DNA of 64,000 nt from the human T2T-CHM13v2.0 reference genome, Homo sapiens: NCBI RefSeq assembly GCF_009914755.1, contig NC_060936.1. The stretch is one strand, 5' to 3'. The position numbers and the translations under genes were made by a program. The notes below the pieces were generated by a model. That model worked only from the letters and a program-made list of their open reading frames with translations, was not told the origin of the DNA and made no database searches. Below, piece by piece: positions 60,818 to 64,000 of the stretch. How positions within the stretch are numbered: the first letter of the stretch is position 1; each line of letters opens with the position of its first letter.

Positions 60818-60849
60818 CTGTTGAACATATTTGATAAACTTGATTTCAT

Positions 60850-63130
60850 TTTTTTTGCCATTTGTAGTTGGTATTAAAAATTAGAATTTCAAGTGCTCAT
60901 TGCTGGTATGTATGAAAGGCAAGATTGACTTTTGTATATTAACCTTCTATCCTGCAACCTTGCTACACTCCCTTATTAGCTCCAGGATTTTTTTTTTTTT
61001 TGGTTGATTTTTTCAGATTTTCTACATAGACAATCATGTTATTGCAAACAAAGGCAGTTTTATTTCTTCCAACCCGATCCGTATACCTTCTATTTCCTTT
61101 TATCTTTTTGCTAGCTAGGCCTTCCAGTACCATGTTGAATAGAAATGTTGGGAGAAGACATCTTGTCTTGTTCCTGAACTTAGGGGAAAAGCATCCAATT
61201 TCTTACTATTAAGTATGCTGTTACAATAGGTTTTTATAGATATTATTTATCAAGTTGAGGAAGTTCTCTAATATTCCTGGAAGTTTTTATTATGAATAGG
61301 CATTAGATTTTGTCAAATGCTTTTCTGCATCAATTGGTAAGATGATTGATTTTTATTCTTTAGCCTGCTGATGTGGTGGCTTACATTGGTTGATTTTTAA
61401 ATGTTGAATCAGTCTCGCATACTTAGAATAAATCTCACTTGTTTCTGGTGTATAGTTTTTTAAAAAAATACATTGTTGGATTCAATTAGCTAATATTTTA
61501 TTGAGGATTTTTAATCTATGTTCATAAGATCTATTAGTCTGTAGTTCTTTCTGTGATAGCTTTATCTTGTTATGATATTAAAGTAATGCTGACCTTATAG
61601 AATGAGTTAGAAAGTGTTCCCTCTGCTTCTCATTTCTAGAAGTGAGTGTGGATAATTGTATCGTTTATTTCTTAACTGCTTAGTACAATTAACCAATAAA
61701 CTAATCTGGGCAGACACTTTCTTTCTATGGAAGGTTATTAATTATTAGTTCAATTTATTTAATAGATTTGGTCAATTTAGATTATTTATTTCTCCTAGGG
61801 TGGTGGTTTGTGTCTTTCAAAGAACTAGTACATTTCATCTAAATTATCAAATTTGTGGATATTTCTTTATGACCCTTCTTAATGTCCATGGACACAGTAG
61901 TGACAATCCTTCTTCAATTTCTGATATTTGCAATTTGTGTCTTCTCTCTTTTTTTCTTGATTAGCCTAACTAGTGGTTTATTGATTTTATTGAAATTTGC
62001 AAAGAACTGGCTTTTTGATTTGTTAATTTTTTAATTGTTTTCTTGTCTTCAATTTTATTATTTCTGTTTTAATTTTTAGTATTTCTTATTTCTGTTTTAG
62101 GTGGAAATTGCTCTACCTTCTTTAGTTTTGCAAAGTGAAAACTTAGATGATTGATTTTAGATTTTTCTTCTTTTTCTAATATATACACTTAATGCATACA
62201 TGTTTCACTACATTCCATAAATGTTGACAAATTTTATTTTAAATTTAATTTAGACAAAAATATTTTTAATTTCTCTTGAGTCTTATTTTTTGACTCATTA
62301 TTATTTAGATGTGTCTTGCTTAATCTCCAAATATCTGGGGATTTCCCAACTATTCTGCTGTTCTTGATAATCTAGTTTAATTCCGCCGTGACCAAAGAAC
62401 ACACTTCTGTGGAATTTATTTCTTAAAAAATTTTAAGATGTGCTTTACAGCCAAGAATCTGTTCTGTCTTGCTGAATTTTCCATGTGAAGTTGAAAAGAA
62501 TAAGTATTCTGCTGTTGCTAGGTAGAATAGTCTATAAATGTCTGTTAGATGAAGTTGACTGATAGTACTCTCCAAGCCAACTATATTTGTACTGATTTTC
62601 TGCCAGTTTGTTCTATCAATTACTGAAAGACAGATGTTAGATTCTCTAAATGTAATAGTGGACTTGTCTATTTCTCCCAGTTCGATCAGTTTTTGCCTTA
62701 CATATTTCAATGTTTCATTGTTAGGTACAAGATGTCTCATTATGTTGTCCAGGTTGGTCTTGAACTCCTGGCCTCAAGTGATCCTTCTGCCTTGGCCTTC
62801 CAAAATGTTGGGATTACAGGTTTGAGCCACTATGGCCGGCCTCCAGCTTTCTTTTGAATCGTGTCGGTACGTATGTCTTTCTCTATCCCTCTACTCTTAG
62901 CCTATCTGAGTCTTTATATTTAAGGTGGGTTCCTTATAGACAACAGTTATTTGGGTCTTATTAAAAAAATCATTTTGACAATCTCCTTTAATTGGTGTAT
63001 TAGACTAATCCCATTAAAAGTAACTTTGACGTAGTTGGACTAATACCCACCTTGTTTGTAACTTTTTTATTCATTGCATTTGGTCTTTGTTTCTTCCCTT
63101 TTCCACCTTGTCTGCCTTCTTTGGTTTTAA
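60850..63130 (-). mobile_element. Old L1M (MA/MB-like) ORF2 remnant, interrupted by an Alu left arm
   Basis: Antisense RT/EN motifs (ttgtcaaatgcttttctgcatc, ttttattgaggatttt); ORF 62423-62740 resembles the EN region (LTDIYR, FSKTEQILG). Confidence 0.8.
62727..62841 (-). mobile_element. Alu left monomer (FLAM/AluJ)
   Basis: gaactcctggcctcaagtgatcc...gagccactatggccggcc. Confidence 0.85.
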
Positions 63131-63134
63131 TTAA

Positions 63135-64000
<866 letters not shown>

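Overview
AT-rich, repeat-dense human (primate) genomic DNA. I recognise no host protein-coding gene, and nearly all ORF-track entries are L1-, Alu- or microsatellite-derived. The dominant feature is a full-length, apparently intact L1HS of the youngest Ta-1d type on the minus strand (53976-60046). It has intact ORF1p (338 aa), ORF2p (1275 aa) and antisense ORF0 (71 aa), a YY1 site, a ~50-nt poly(A) tail and a 10-bp TSD. Around it is an unusually readable record of L1-mediated cargo mobilisation: (i) an L1PA3 with a ~128-bp 3' transduction nested inside an L1PA7-like element; (ii) that L1PA7-like element apparently carrying its own ~170-bp 3' transduction; (iii) an LTR9-like ERV transcript end copied as a polyadenylated, TSD-flanked retrocopy; (iv) a possible third transduction behind an L1PA4. 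There is also a perfect 33-bp inverted repeat ~670 bp beyond the L1HS 5' end, in the direction of its antisense promoter. Subfamily names come from recalled consensus diagnostics, not a database search. I found locus-specific events of known mechanisms, not evidence of a new class of system.
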